The notes under the pieces are model-generated. The model was given only the letters and a program-made list of their open reading frames with translations. It searched no databases and was not told the DNA's origin. 64,000 bases of DNA from Lentimicrobiaceae bacterium (GTDB taxonomy: Bacteria > Bacteroidota > Bacteroidia > Bacteroidales > UBA4417), in NCBI GenBank assembly GCA_041753535.1, contig JBGSUB010000019.1, positions 917 to 64,916 on the forward strand, in the 5' to 3' direction. Positions 8,986 through 19,085 of this stretch are shown one piece after another (within the stretch, counting starts at the first letter, position 1; every line of letters begins with the position of its first letter). Both the position numbers and the translations under genes were made by a program.

Positions 8986-11319
8986 ATGAAGAAAGCCGGA
9001 ATTACCTTTTTTGTATTATTTCTTATTATTACATCTCTGTACCAGGCTATTGCGCAAACAGGAAGCTATAACCAATGGCTCGATCATTTGCCTTATAACA
9101 ACTGCAAAGCCGTGGCCGAAGCTGGCGACCTGATTTATGCAGCAACACCTTACAGCTTATTCTATTTTAACAAAGCGGATAACAGCCTTAATCGTCTGAA
9201 CAAGGTTACTCCCGACGGACTTTCGGATATCGGTATCAGCAACATTGCATTCAGCAGCCAGCTAAATACCTTGGTTGTGGCTTATGCCAATACCAATATC
9301 GACCTGGTAAAAGGCGGAGTCGTAATTAATATTCCTGATATCAAACGCAAACAGATCCTGGGTAATAAAACGATAAACAGCATTCTGATCATCGATAAAC
9401 TTGCCTACCTGGCCTGTGGATTCGGGATTGTTGTACTGGATATTGAGAAAGAAGAAATCAAAGATACTTATTATATCGGGCCTTCCGGTTCGCAGATCAA
9501 TGTTCTGGCTCTCACATATCACAAAGCTGACGACAAGTTTTATGCCGCCACCGAAAAAGGAATTTATGTGGCACCGGCTACCTCAAACCTTGCTTTTTAT
9601 GTAAACTGGGTACAGGACATCACCATTTCGGGTCCAACAAGTACCTTCAACTTAATAACTTCATTTGAAGGCAAGGTTTTTGCCAACAAGAAATTATCAG
9701 GTTCAAATCCTGATACGCTGTTTGTACAGAGTGGAAGCGGCTGGGCCGACTTCATCCCTTACGATCATTCAACACGCACCTCAATGAGGGTATGTGATAA
9801 AAAACTAATAATCAGTAATGCATGGAGTGTAGGTATTTTTAATATTGCCGGTGAACGCGAATCGGTTTACAGCTCCTATAACCCGGGCGATATGAAACCC
9901 GGGGATGCTCTTATCGATAAAAATAATCAGTTGTGGATTGCTGATATTGAGCAGGGATTGTGGAGTATAGCAAGTGATAATGTAGGATCAAATTATATCT
10001 TTAACGGTCCGGCTTCTCCTACTGTGGCTGCTATGGATATAAGCGGGAAACAGCTTTGGGCTGTTGCCGGCGGACGCACAGCTTCATATACAGGGCTCTC
10101 GAGGCCGCCACAGTTTTATGCATTACAGGACAATACCTGGAACAGTTACGACAGGAACAACACCCCTGAATTAGCTCTTTTTATGGATATTCTTTGTGTA
10201 GCTGTTGATCCAAATGATGGCAATCATGCTTTTATGGGCAGCTGGGGAAGGGGTTTGATTGAATTTGATAACGGTGCGCTGAAAGAAATTTATGATGTTA
10301 CAAACAGTTCACTGCAGTATTTTAATGGTTTTGGCGAAGGCTATCTCCGGATAGGAGGTGTTGCCTTCGACAGCTACAACAACCTTTGGGTTACTAACGA
10401 CGGTGCTCCGGACGTATTATCGATGCGTAAACCTACCGGCGAATGGAGATCGTATAACCTTGGATCGCAGGGTACGGCTATTGATGTGGGCGGAATTGTC
10501 ATCGATAAAGAAAATCAGAAATGGATACAACAACGCGACCTTGCAATATTTGTTTACAACGACAATAATACGCCTGATAATCCTGCTGACGACCAAAAGA
10601 AAAAGCTTACCAGTGCCCCGGGGAATGGCGACCTTCCCGGCTCGGGAATTGCCAGCATGGCAGTAGATCGCGACGGGCAGTTGTGGCTCGGCACCGACCA
10701 GGGCGTGGCCGTAATCTATTCGCCAGGTAATGTTTTTAACGGCGGCAACTACGATGCACAGCAGATCATGGTTGAGGAAGAAGGCTATCTGCATCCGTTG
10801 CTCGAAACCGAGGCAGTAACCGCCATTGCTGTAAACGGCAACAACGAAAAATGGCTCGGAACTGATAAGGCAGGTGTATTCCTTATGTCAGCCGACGGAA
10901 CTGAGGAATTGTTGCATTTTACCGAAGCCAACAGCCCTTTATTATCCAATTCCATCCAGTCAATTAAAATCGCAAGTAACGGTGAAGTATATTTTGGCAC
11001 TTCGCTTGGGATTGTATCTTATAAAGATTACAAGGTTGAATCGCCACTAACCCTCGATTCGTTGCTTATTTATCCTAACCCGGTGCGGCCCGAGTACCTT
11101 GGACCGGTTTATATCAGCAACCTGGTTGAAGAATCAAATGTAAAAATCTCGGATGTATCAGGTGCTTTGGTTTGGGAAACCCAGGCCCAGGGCGGTCAGG
11201 TAATATGGAATGGGAATAACCTCGATGGCCGGAGAGTAAATACCGGTGTTTATCTTGTATTTGTTACCAATGCGGATGGCAGTATGAAAAAAGCCGGGAA
11301 AGTTCTTTTTGTAAGGTAA
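8986..11319 (+). CDS. Double beta-propeller (two-component-regulator propeller repeats) protein with T9SS CTD; PorZ-like
   Basis: It has a signal peptide and repeated LW(I/L)GT..G(L/V) blades. It is 777 aa, close to the ~776 aa of P. gingivalis PorZ. The C-terminus is IYPNPVRP...VLFVR. Confidence 0.6.
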   Translation: MKKAGITFFVLFLIITSLYQAIAQTGSYNQWLDHLPYNNCKAVAEAGDLIYAATPYSLFYFNKADNSLNRLNKVTPDGLSDIGISNIAFSSQLNTLVVAYANTNIDLVKGGVVINIPDIKRKQILGNKTINSILIIDKLAYLACGFGIVVLDIEKEEIKDTYYIGPSGSQINVLALTYHKADDKFYAATEKGIYVAPATSNLAFYVNWVQDITISGPTSTFNLITSFEGKVFANKKLSGSNPDTLFVQSGSGWADFIPYDHSTRTSMRVCDKKLIISNAWSVGIFNIAGERESVYSSYNPGDMKPGDALIDKNNQLWIADIEQGLWSIASDNVGSNYIFNGPASPTVAAMDISGKQLWAVAGGRTASYTGLSRPPQFYALQDNTWNSYDRNNTPELALFMDILCVAVDPNDGNHAFMGSWGRGLIEFDNGALKEIYDVTNSSLQYFNGFGEGYLRIGGVAFDSYNNLWVTNDGAPDVLSMRKPTGEWRSYNLGSQGTAIDVGGIVIDKENQKWIQQRDLAIFVYNDNNTPDNPADDQKKKLTSAPGNGDLPGSGIASMAVDRDGQLWLGTDQGVAVIYSPGNVFNGGNYDAQQIMVEEEGYLHPLLETEAVTAIAVNGNNEKWLGTDKAGVFLMSADGTEELLHFTEANSPLLSNSIQSIKIASNGEVYFGTSLGIVSYKDYKVESPLTLDSLLIYPNPVRPEYLGPVYISNLVEESNVKISDVSGALVWETQAQGGQVIWNGNNLDGRRVNTGVYLVFVTNADGSMKKAGKVLFVR

Positions 11320-11524
11320 ATACGTGAGGGAGAAACGGCGAGGGGCGAAAGGGAGAAACGGCGAGGGGAGAGGCGCTAAAATATATATAAAAGATGGACT
11401 TCAATTCAGTAGCCTGCCGTTTTCGGATTCCTATCTTCCAACTTTTACTCGACTTATTGTATATATCTTGTAAATTTTAATAGTTTCTATATCAACGACA
11501 TAGCAATCTTTAGCATCAGTGAAA

Positions 11525-12253
11525 ATGATTCTGTCAACCAAAGGCATAGTGCTTCATTGCATGGATTATTCCGAAACCAGCATCATATCAAAGGTGTATA
11601 CCGAGCAGCTGGGGTTGCAGTCGTATATTGCTAAAGGGGTTCGTAAAAAAGGTGCTAGATTTAAGAAGAATCTCTTTTCGCCTCTGTCAATTATTCAACT
11701 CACAGCCAACCATAAAGAAGGGGAAGGCCTGCGCGTATTGCGTGATGCATCCTGCGAATACCAGCTCAACGGGATAGCGACTGATATTCGAAAAACTGCA
11801 GTAAGTATTTATATCGCCGAGCTGCTTACTCGCACGGTATCGGCACAAATGACCGACCCAAACCTTTACCACTTTATAGAAAGTGCAGTCCTGAACCTCG
11901 AACAGTCAAAGGAATCCATTGCCGGGTTTCCGCTTGGATTTACCATAAGCCTTACACAATTCATGGGATTCGATCCGCATAATAATTTCAACTCCGGCAA
12001 CACCTATTTCGATATGATCGGAGGTAATTTCGGCCCTCATCCGCCCGATCATATGTATTATTTTTCATCACCACTCAGCGACAATTTCTCCGAAGTATTA
12101 TCGGCCATTAATGCCGGGATTCTCAACATTAAAGCCGACTTTAAAACAAGAAGCGAACTATTATTGAGAATGCTCGAATATTTCCGGATTCATATTTCCA
12201 CGTTTGGTGAAATGAAATCGGTACAGGTTCTCAGCGATGTGCTGAAGGATTAA
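11525..12253 (+). CDS. recO: DNA repair protein RecO
   Basis: MILSTKGIVLHCMDYSETSIISKVYTEQLGLQSYIAKGVRKKG is a typical RecO OB-fold N-terminus. The ORF could also start at the GTG at 11519. Confidence 0.88.
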   Translation: MILSTKGIVLHCMDYSETSIISKVYTEQLGLQSYIAKGVRKKGARFKKNLFSPLSIIQLTANHKEGEGLRVLRDASCEYQLNGIATDIRKTAVSIYIAELLTRTVSAQMTDPNLYHFIESAVLNLEQSKESIAGFPLGFTISLTQFMGFDPHNNFNSGNTYFDMIGGNFGPHPPDHMYYFSSPLSDNFSEVLSAINAGILNIKADFKTRSELLLRMLEYFRIHISTFGEMKSVQVLSDVLKD

Positions 12254-13757
12254 CTGGATTGATCCGGTAAAGCACAAACTCTTTATTTTCCCAGAGTTTC
12301 GTAAGGCGTGGCTGCATTACACGCGAATATCGCTTCATAGGTTCGCCGGTGAGCTTATTGTGAATCAGGAGGTAGCTTGCCTTTGCATCCGTTACCTGCC
12401 TGTGTATGAGTGTAGGATCTTTTGTAAAAGGATCAGCCATGCTCCGGCAACCTCCGTAAAGAGCCAGTGCCCTTGGCTTGGCGAAAACTACAACCGATTC
12501 AGGAGCTATGTTTTTACTGATATAAGTAAATGCCTCAATGGATGATTCCTGTTGCGGTCCTTCGAGTGTTTTGTACCCTGAACGGGCAATGCTGACCAAA
12601 CCAGGCATGAACAACAATAATATGGCAACACCTGTTACAACTGCTTTTTTACCGGCAGAAATTCCATATAAAAGCTGTACGGATTTTAATCCAGCCACTG
12701 CATAAAACAGGAAAATAAACCCCAGCGGAACCATAAGCCTGAATGCCGAATCATTGTTAGGAAAAACCAGCAGCATTAGGACATAGAATATAAAAAACCA
12801 TTCAAGTACTTCCGGACCTTTCAGCATTCTCTTCACAAAGCCAAGCAATGTCATGACAACCATAACCGAACCCAGTAATAGGGAGAACCCATTTAGTATT
12901 CCTGCCTGGGGCACATACAGGTACCTGAAAACTTCGATATGATGAGCAAGGTTTTCGGGAATGATCCGGATGAAGTCGCCGGAATAATAGAAGAGCATGT
13001 AATCGCGGACACTGCCACCTGAAGGTATTTTAAAGATAACCGAGTTTATGGCGAAATAGATCAGAACCGGTAGAAAGATAAAAATGGCAGCAGGAACAAT
13101 GTTGTTTTTTAACGTAGATTTTCGTCGGATAACATTAAAAAGCTGGTCCATCGCAATGGCGGCGACAAAAACAATTCCGGCAGGCCGCACAACCAGCATA
13201 AAACCAGTAACTGCAGCAAGTAGTATTATTTGCTTAAAGTTGCCGGATTTTAATTTCAGATACAAAATAAAATTCAGCACAAGCAATGCAGTGAATGGGA
13301 TATCCGACATAACCTCGCGTTTGAAAATGATCATTTGCGGATTATAGAGGAAAATAATTGTCATTACCAAAGCTGTTATCCAGGAAAAATGTTGCCGGTA
13401 AAAAACCACCAACAGCAGTCCTAAAGCAATATATATGAGTGAGATAAATGTTGTGAAAGCCAACATATTGTTGCCGGCAAGAGCATAAACCGGGGCCAGC
13501 AGAAGCGGAAATCCTACCGGGTAGGCCTGCGGGCCGATATAGTTTTCCTGGCTGAAGATAAAACCTGTTTCCGATTGCGGAATACCCTGAATAATATTGC
13601 CGGCCTGATGAATATATTGAGCAAAATCATCTCCCCAGTCGTGGCTGGTGCGGGTGCCAAGGAATAAGAGCGGTAGAAAAAGGATAACAGCGGCAATAAT
13701 TACATTTTGCGGTTTCGAGATGAAATATCCAAAATTGAATGCCTTCTTTCCTGCCAT
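12231..13757 (-). CDS. Polytopic GT-C / ArnT-PMT-like glycosyltransferase family membrane protein
   Basis: It is 508 aa with more than 10 TM helices and a C-terminal soluble domain. The first loop contains HDWGDDFAQY. Confidence 0.65.
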   Translation of the reverse strand: MAGKKAFNFGYFISKPQNVIIAAVILFLPLLFLGTRTSHDWGDDFAQYIHQAGNIIQGIPQSETGFIFSQENYIGPQAYPVGFPLLLAPVYALAGNNMLAFTTFISLIYIALGLLLVVFYRQHFSWITALVMTIIFLYNPQMIIFKREVMSDIPFTALLVLNFILYLKLKSGNFKQIILLAAVTGFMLVVRPAGIVFVAAIAMDQLFNVIRRKSTLKNNIVPAAIFIFLPVLIYFAINSVIFKIPSGGSVRDYMLFYYSGDFIRIIPENLAHHIEVFRYLYVPQAGILNGFSLLLGSVMVVMTLLGFVKRMLKGPEVLEWFFIFYVLMLLVFPNNDSAFRLMVPLGFIFLFYAVAGLKSVQLLYGISAGKKAVVTGVAILLLFMPGLVSIARSGYKTLEGPQQESSIEAFTYISKNIAPESVVVFAKPRALALYGGCRSMADPFTKDPTLIHRQVTDAKASYLLIHNKLTGEPMKRYSRVMQPRLTKLWENKEFVLYRINPVNPSAHR

Positions 13758-13777
13758 GCTGATTCTTTTTTGCGCCT

Positions 13778-13785
13778 CAAAGTTA
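13778..13785 (-). promoter_or_regulatory. Bacteroidota -7 box TAACTTTG (TAnnTTTG) for the GT-C gene
   Basis: The reverse complement of caaagtta matches the consensus and sits 20 nt upstream of the ATG at 13757. Confidence 0.5.
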
Positions 13786-14088
13786 AGGAGTATTTCGGAT
13801 GATAATGGTGTTAGAAATTAAAACTAAAGTCTGTTGAGTGAGATTCCCTATCATTTAAGCCTAAAATGACATAAATAATCTTTTCTCCGTGTTTCTCAGT
13901 GCCTCCGTGGTTTAAAATTCAAAATTCAAAATTCAAAGGTCAAAGTTGTGAAGATATAAATCTCATAATTCTGTATCCTGCTTTCCTTTGCGGTTTTCAC
14001 CCTATATAACCACTAAAGTCTTTATCTCAACAATACCAGGCTAATTTAATGACTTTTTACCCCCAATTCCCGTCTCATTTCATTTTCC

Positions 14089-14096
14089 TATCTTTG
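14089..14096 (+). promoter_or_regulatory. Bacteroidota -7 box TATCTTTG for lysS
   Basis: It matches TAnnTTTG and sits 14 nt upstream of the ATG at 14111. Confidence 0.55.
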
Positions 14097-14110
14097 CAAA
14101 AAATTTTAAA

Positions 14111-15841
14111 ATGAATCTTGAATTAAGCGAACAGGAACAAATACGACGCAACTCACTGTCCGAACTCAGCGCAATGGGCATCAATCCTTACCCAGCCGAA
14201 AGTTTTCCAATTAATGTTACCGCCCAGGCGATACTGGCTGACTACAGCCCCGAAAATGAACATGCTTTTCAGAATGTTAGCATAGCCGGTCGTATAATGA
14301 CCCGACGCATTATGGGAGCGGCTTCCTTTGTTGACTTGCAGGACAGCACAGGTCGCATTCAGTTATACATTAAACGCGACGATATCTGCGAGAGTGAAGA
14401 TAAATCCCTTTATAATATAGCATTCAAACGGCTGATGGATATCGGCGATATTATCGGCGTTAGCGGTTATGTTTTTATTACCCAAATGGGGGAAATTTCT
14501 ATTCATGTAAAATCGCTGAAATTGCTCAGCAAATCGTTGCGGGTACTTCCGATTGTGAAAGAGAAAGACGACCAGGTATTTGATGCTTTCAGCGATCCTG
14601 AGGTGAGGTACCGCCAGAGGTATGTCGATCTTATCGTGAATCCTGAAGTTCGCGAAGTGTTCATAAAACGCACCCGTTTGGTAAATACCATGCGTACTTT
14701 CCTGAGTAACCAGGGATACCTCGAAGTGGAAACGCCAATCCTGCAACCGCTTTATGGAGGAGCAGCCGCCCGCCCGTTTAAAACTCACCACAACAGCCTT
14801 GATATGACACTGTATATGCGTATTGCCAACGAACTGTATCTTAAAAGGCTGATAGTAGGCGGATACGACGGTGTATTTGAATTTTCGAAAGATTTCCGCA
14901 ACGAAGGCATGGATCGTTTCCATAACCCTGAGTTTACCCAGATGGAACTTTACGTGGCTTACAAAGACTACGAATGGATGATGGATACCGTCGAGGAAAT
15001 GGTTGAACGCATAGCCATTGATCTGCATGGGACCACAAAAATTCAGGTTGGTACGAATGAAATTGATTTCAAACGCCCGTGGAAACGGTTCACTATGTTC
15101 GAAGCCGTCCAGCACTTTACCGGTGTTGATATTTCGGAAATGAGCGAGGACGAACTGCGTGAAACCTGCAAAAAGCTGAATGTTCCTACCGATGAAAGTA
15201 TGGGCAAAGGCAAACTAATTGATGAGTTATTCGGTGAAACAGCTGAACCAAACCTGATTCAGCCGACGTTTATTACCGATTACCCTGTCGAAATGTCGCC
15301 GCTTGCCAAGAAACACCGCACAAAACCCGGATTGGTTGAGCGCTTCGAAGCCATCTGCAACGGGAAAGAACTCTGCAATGCGTTCAGCGAACTGAATGAT
15401 CCTATTGATCAGCGGGCACGTTTCGAAGAGCAACTCGAATTAGGTAAACGAGGTGACGACGAATCGATGGTTCTCGACGAGGATTTCCTCCGTTCGCTTG
15501 AATACGGGATGCCGCCAACAGCCGGACTGGGAATTGGCATCGATCGCCTTACCATGATCATGACCAACCAGCAATCCATACAGGATGTGCTTTTCTTCCC
15601 GCAGATGCGCCCCGAAAAAGCCGTTGTTGTGCAGGGAGTTACTGATGAAGAATTTGTAGCATTAGGAGTGCCGGCTGAATGGGTGCCAGTGTTGCGCAAA
15701 GCCGGAATCAAACTGCCTGCTGACCTTAAGGAAGCCAATCCCAATAAACTGCTTCACGAGCTGAGCGGATTGCGCAAAAAACTGAAACTCGAAATTCCAT
15801 CGTTGCGCCTGGAAGAGGTAAGTGCGTGGTGCGGGAAATAA
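14111..15841 (+). CDS. lysS: Lysine--tRNA ligase (class II), with the C-terminal extension typical of Bacteroidota
   Basis: It has an OB anticodon-binding domain. Class II motifs FRNEG...HNPEFT and GLGIGIDRL are present. Length is 576 aa. Confidence 0.93.
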   Translation: MNLELSEQEQIRRNSLSELSAMGINPYPAESFPINVTAQAILADYSPENEHAFQNVSIAGRIMTRRIMGAASFVDLQDSTGRIQLYIKRDDICESEDKSLYNIAFKRLMDIGDIIGVSGYVFITQMGEISIHVKSLKLLSKSLRVLPIVKEKDDQVFDAFSDPEVRYRQRYVDLIVNPEVREVFIKRTRLVNTMRTFLSNQGYLEVETPILQPLYGGAAARPFKTHHNSLDMTLYMRIANELYLKRLIVGGYDGVFEFSKDFRNEGMDRFHNPEFTQMELYVAYKDYEWMMDTVEEMVERIAIDLHGTTKIQVGTNEIDFKRPWKRFTMFEAVQHFTGVDISEMSEDELRETCKKLNVPTDESMGKGKLIDELFGETAEPNLIQPTFITDYPVEMSPLAKKHRTKPGLVERFEAICNGKELCNAFSELNDPIDQRARFEEQLELGKRGDDESMVLDEDFLRSLEYGMPPTAGLGIGIDRLTMIMTNQQSIQDVLFFPQMRPEKAVVVQGVTDEEFVALGVPAEWVPVLRKAGIKLPADLKEANPNKLLHELSGLRKKLKLEIPSLRLEEVSAWCGK

Positions 15842-15862
15842 CTATTATTTGCTGATATTCTG

Positions 15863-15895
15863 AAAAGCCTTCTCTCGAAATCGGGGAAGGCTTTT
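15863..15895. terminator. Bidirectional hairpin terminator between lysS and the convergent beta-helix gene
   Basis: AAAAGCCTTC and GAAGGCTTTT form a 10-bp stem with a 13-nt loop, and the arms carry A and T runs. Confidence 0.6.
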
Positions 15896-15914
15896 GCATT
15901 TATTAATTTCCTAA

Positions 15915-17837
15915 TTATTGCATTTTTACAATTTTATTCGTTACTACTTTGTTGCCAGCCTGTAGACGGCAGAAATAAATCCCAGCCGTAAGGTTTTCAG
16001 CATTCCATTCCACTCTCTGTTCTCCTTTTTGCTGAAAGGCTTTTATTGGCTGAGCAACCAGACGCCCATAATTGTCATATATCCGTAAGTTAACCTGCAC
16101 TGGTGCCTCAAGAAAATAGTTGAAGTTTGTCAGAGTGGTGAACGGATTCGGATAAATGTTTATTCCGCAATCCACAATCCGCAATCCGGATTCACCAGTC
16201 CCTGTAAAATCAGTAAACTCATAGGCTCCCATATCGGCATAACTTGAACCCCAGGGTCGCGGCAATCCTAAAATATCAAATGCAGGGCATGAATGTTGCA
16301 TACCACAGTGACATGCATAAGCCTTTGTTCCGGCATTAATGGCATAGCTGGAAGGTGAAAGTGTAAGGAGTACCGGATCGAGAAACATAGGGTCATCATT
16401 CAGATTGCCACCTCCGTCGAAGAAATTTCCAGATATGTGTGTGGGAAATATTGTTGAATTAGCAATTTCAACCGTGTCAGTATAAAAGACTAAACTGATC
16501 TCACGCCCGATAGCCGAACTATCACCCCAGAACACAGAATTGATAATAAGGGGTTTTGAATGTAGCGAAAGGATAGCTCCTCCAACTGCTGTCGCAGTAT
16601 TCCCTGAAAAAGAATTGTTGATGAATGTAGCCAGATGGCCAACAGGCAATACTGAATTTCTCGCTAAAAAAGCAGCGCCTCCACTCTGGTCGGCATGGTT
16701 GCCGCTAAAAACATTATTCTGCAATATAACTGGTACAGAAAAAGTTACGAAAGCGCCTCCCTTATTAGCTTCATTATTAATAAAATAGTTACTTTCAACC
16801 AGGACTTTATTGTCAACTATCACTACATTTTCCAGGCAAAGTCCTCCTGAATACGCATCACTGAAATTCTCTTTAAAAATATTGCTATTAACTACACTTC
16901 CTGGATCTGGTTGTAATAAAAACAACCCAGCTGCACCTCCCTGATCAGTGAGTCCCGAAATAACATGATTATTTTTCAGCAGGTTATTTGAAAACCTTGC
17001 TTGTTCACAACTTACTAAAACTCCGGCTGAATTGGCATAATTGTTTAGTGATTGAGTTATGTTGTTGACTATTTCATTATTCTCAATGATTACAAAAACG
17101 GGAGTAAGCCATGAAGGTTCCTGTCCGGAGGCTATTCCCCCGCCCACCGCAGCACTGTTCGCTATCCCTTTACTGGTATTGTTGGAAATCACATTGTTTA
17201 CAATCCTGGAATTGCAGCTTATTCCAATACCTGCTCCCCATGCATATTCATACTTTGAGATGCAGACATTGCTGTCGATAATATTATTTTCAATTACTAC
17301 CCAATTGTCGCTATCTACGTATAAGGTGCCAATGCCTGCCCCGTCCACACTATTACCATTGACAGCCTGAGTGTCATCCAATATATTGTGAGTGATACGG
17401 TTATAGCTGATTTTAGCACCAGACTCTGCTATCCAGATACCGCCTCCCTGCCGGTCGTCAAGGTTAGCAGGCGTATAGGTCCCCTTTCCATGCTGAATTG
17501 TGAATCCACAAAGAACGGAGGTTGTATCTTCTCCGGACACAAAATATACCACCGAAGCACTATCCAAATTGGTCAGCTGGCTACCATCAATAATGGTTTT
17601 ACTGATATGACTGGTATCGTCATCCAGCAGAAACTGGCTTGCAACCATCAGCGGCTTTTTGCCCAGAAAGCTGATTTGCTCATAATAAGTACCTTCGGCC
17701 ACCAATACTGTATCACCTGAAGTTGCAGCGTTGATCCCTTGCTGGATCGTGGGATAATCAGCAGGTACATGGATGATTTGTGCCTGCAATGCAGCTGCAA
17801 ATGAAAGGCTGCACAAGAAAAGTAACATTTTTTTCAT
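15915..17837 (-). CDS. Right-handed parallel beta-helix protein with Pmp-type (GGAI / FxxN) repeats and T9SS CTD
   Basis: The start is refined to MKKMLLFLCSL (signal peptide). It has many GGxI/GGAA/GGAF and NNxFxxN repeats. The C-terminus is IYPNPFTT...KIVKMQ. Confidence 0.8.
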   Translation of the reverse strand: MKKMLLFLCSLSFAAALQAQIIHVPADYPTIQQGINAATSGDTVLVAEGTYYEQISFLGKKPLMVASQFLLDDDTSHISKTIIDGSQLTNLDSASVVYFVSGEDTTSVLCGFTIQHGKGTYTPANLDDRQGGGIWIAESGAKISYNRITHNILDDTQAVNGNSVDGAGIGTLYVDSDNWVVIENNIIDSNVCISKYEYAWGAGIGISCNSRIVNNVISNNTSKGIANSAAVGGGIASGQEPSWLTPVFVIIENNEIVNNITQSLNNYANSAGVLVSCEQARFSNNLLKNNHVISGLTDQGGAAGLFLLQPDPGSVVNSNIFKENFSDAYSGGLCLENVVIVDNKVLVESNYFINNEANKGGAFVTFSVPVILQNNVFSGNHADQSGGAAFLARNSVLPVGHLATFINNSFSGNTATAVGGAILSLHSKPLIINSVFWGDSSAIGREISLVFYTDTVEIANSTIFPTHISGNFFDGGGNLNDDPMFLDPVLLTLSPSSYAINAGTKAYACHCGMQHSCPAFDILGLPRPWGSSYADMGAYEFTDFTGTGESGLRIVDCGINIYPNPFTTLTNFNYFLEAPVQVNLRIYDNYGRLVAQPIKAFQQKGEQRVEWNAENLTAGIYFCRLQAGNKVVTNKIVKMQ

Positions 17838-18242
17838 GATTTGAATTTTTGTAAAATGAATACTAAAATTGCCTTTAACAACAAAAGTCATTTTGTTAGT
17901 AAGTAAGTTAGGATGTTACTCGTTGACCGATACAAGAAATCTTCGTCCTCCGGGATGGAAGCACTGCGGTAAGTAGAGAAGCCAAGCGGATTAAAAGGTA
18001 AAATAATCCTATATACAAGCAGGGTAAACTGCAGGCTTCATTGAATTATAAAGATACGACATTTTTTGAAAATATGTTAAATAAATGCATGCGATACAAT
18101 AGTTTTTAAAACTGCACAAAACCTATGTCATATTTTATTGGAATGCCAATATAAAATTGAAACCCGGGATACATGCTTTATGCTAAACACAATACAACCA
18201 TTTCAACCCTTTCATCCCCTTTGTTCTGTTGAAAACTGCACC

Positions 18243-18983
18243 ATGAAGAAAACTTCTTTTACTCTTGCTCTACTTGTTACATTTTTTTTCGGGAAACTGT
18301 ATGCTCAGTCCACTGAAGATGTGGTTTACCTCAATAATGGCAGCATATTGCGGGGCAAAGTAATTGAAACGGTTTCGGGCAGGCATACCACAATCGAAAT
18401 TACAGGAAGAAATGTACTTTTTATCCCCGACTCCGCTTTAAAATTAGTTCTGATGGATCAGCCCATACCTGCCAGGGATCGGGAAAACAAAGCTTCACCG
18501 GTCGAAATGGCTGCCAGCGTTAGTTTCTTCGGCGGATCGAAAAATTCGGCAGGATGCAGCTTTATCACTTCGTACTGTTTTCCTTTCCGCTTATCAACCG
18601 GCATAGGTATCGGCGACGAATGGTTCGATCGCCAGCAGATTCCGTTTATTGCTGATGTGAAATACAGTTTCCTGAAAGGATCGTGGTCGCCTTACATATA
18701 TGGTCAAACCGGCTATGCCATTCCTTTGTCGAAGAGTTCGGATAACGATAACAGCTGGTACTACCAAAACACGGATTATTACGGCGGAGTCCTTGCCGGG
18801 GCCGGCTGCGGAATGCGGTTCGATTTTTCACATCGCAATGCTCTGATATTCAGTATCGGGTACCGGTATCAGAAAACCAAAACCGTTACTACCGATCCCT
18901 GGTCATCGTCGTACCAAACAGAAACAATAGTATACGACAAATACAACAGGATGACATTTTCTGTTGGCTTCCTCTTCAACTAG
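18243..18983 (+). CDS. Hypothetical outer-membrane beta-barrel-like protein
   Basis: The start is refined to MKKTSFTLALLV (signal peptide). The C-terminal half has alternating aromatic and Gly-rich strands and ends FSVGFLFN. Confidence 0.55.
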   Translation: MKKTSFTLALLVTFFFGKLYAQSTEDVVYLNNGSILRGKVIETVSGRHTTIEITGRNVLFIPDSALKLVLMDQPIPARDRENKASPVEMAASVSFFGGSKNSAGCSFITSYCFPFRLSTGIGIGDEWFDRQQIPFIADVKYSFLKGSWSPYIYGQTGYAIPLSKSSDNDNSWYYQNTDYYGGVLAGAGCGMRFDFSHRNALIFSIGYRYQKTKTVTTDPWSSSYQTETIVYDKYNRMTFSVGFLFN

Positions 18984-19085
18984 GAGCCGTAAAGACTTGA
19001 CGTTCCCACCTCCTCACAACGAAAAAACAAAGACACGATCAACACATCCCAACGAAAAACAAATCAATACTAATACCCTGATCCA

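Noticed and set aside
14363-15115. A 250-aa antisense ORF lies inside lysS. Smaller antisense ORFs lie inside pgk (53639-54223), the ALDH gene (45747-46333), ispG and the TonB receptor.
   Set aside because: They sit entirely within strongly supported genes on the opposite strand. They have no start context, promoter box or recognisable motifs. Long shadow ORFs are expected from codon-periodicity bias. A link between the class II synthetase antisense frame and the Rodin-Ohno idea is tempting, but nothing here supports it.
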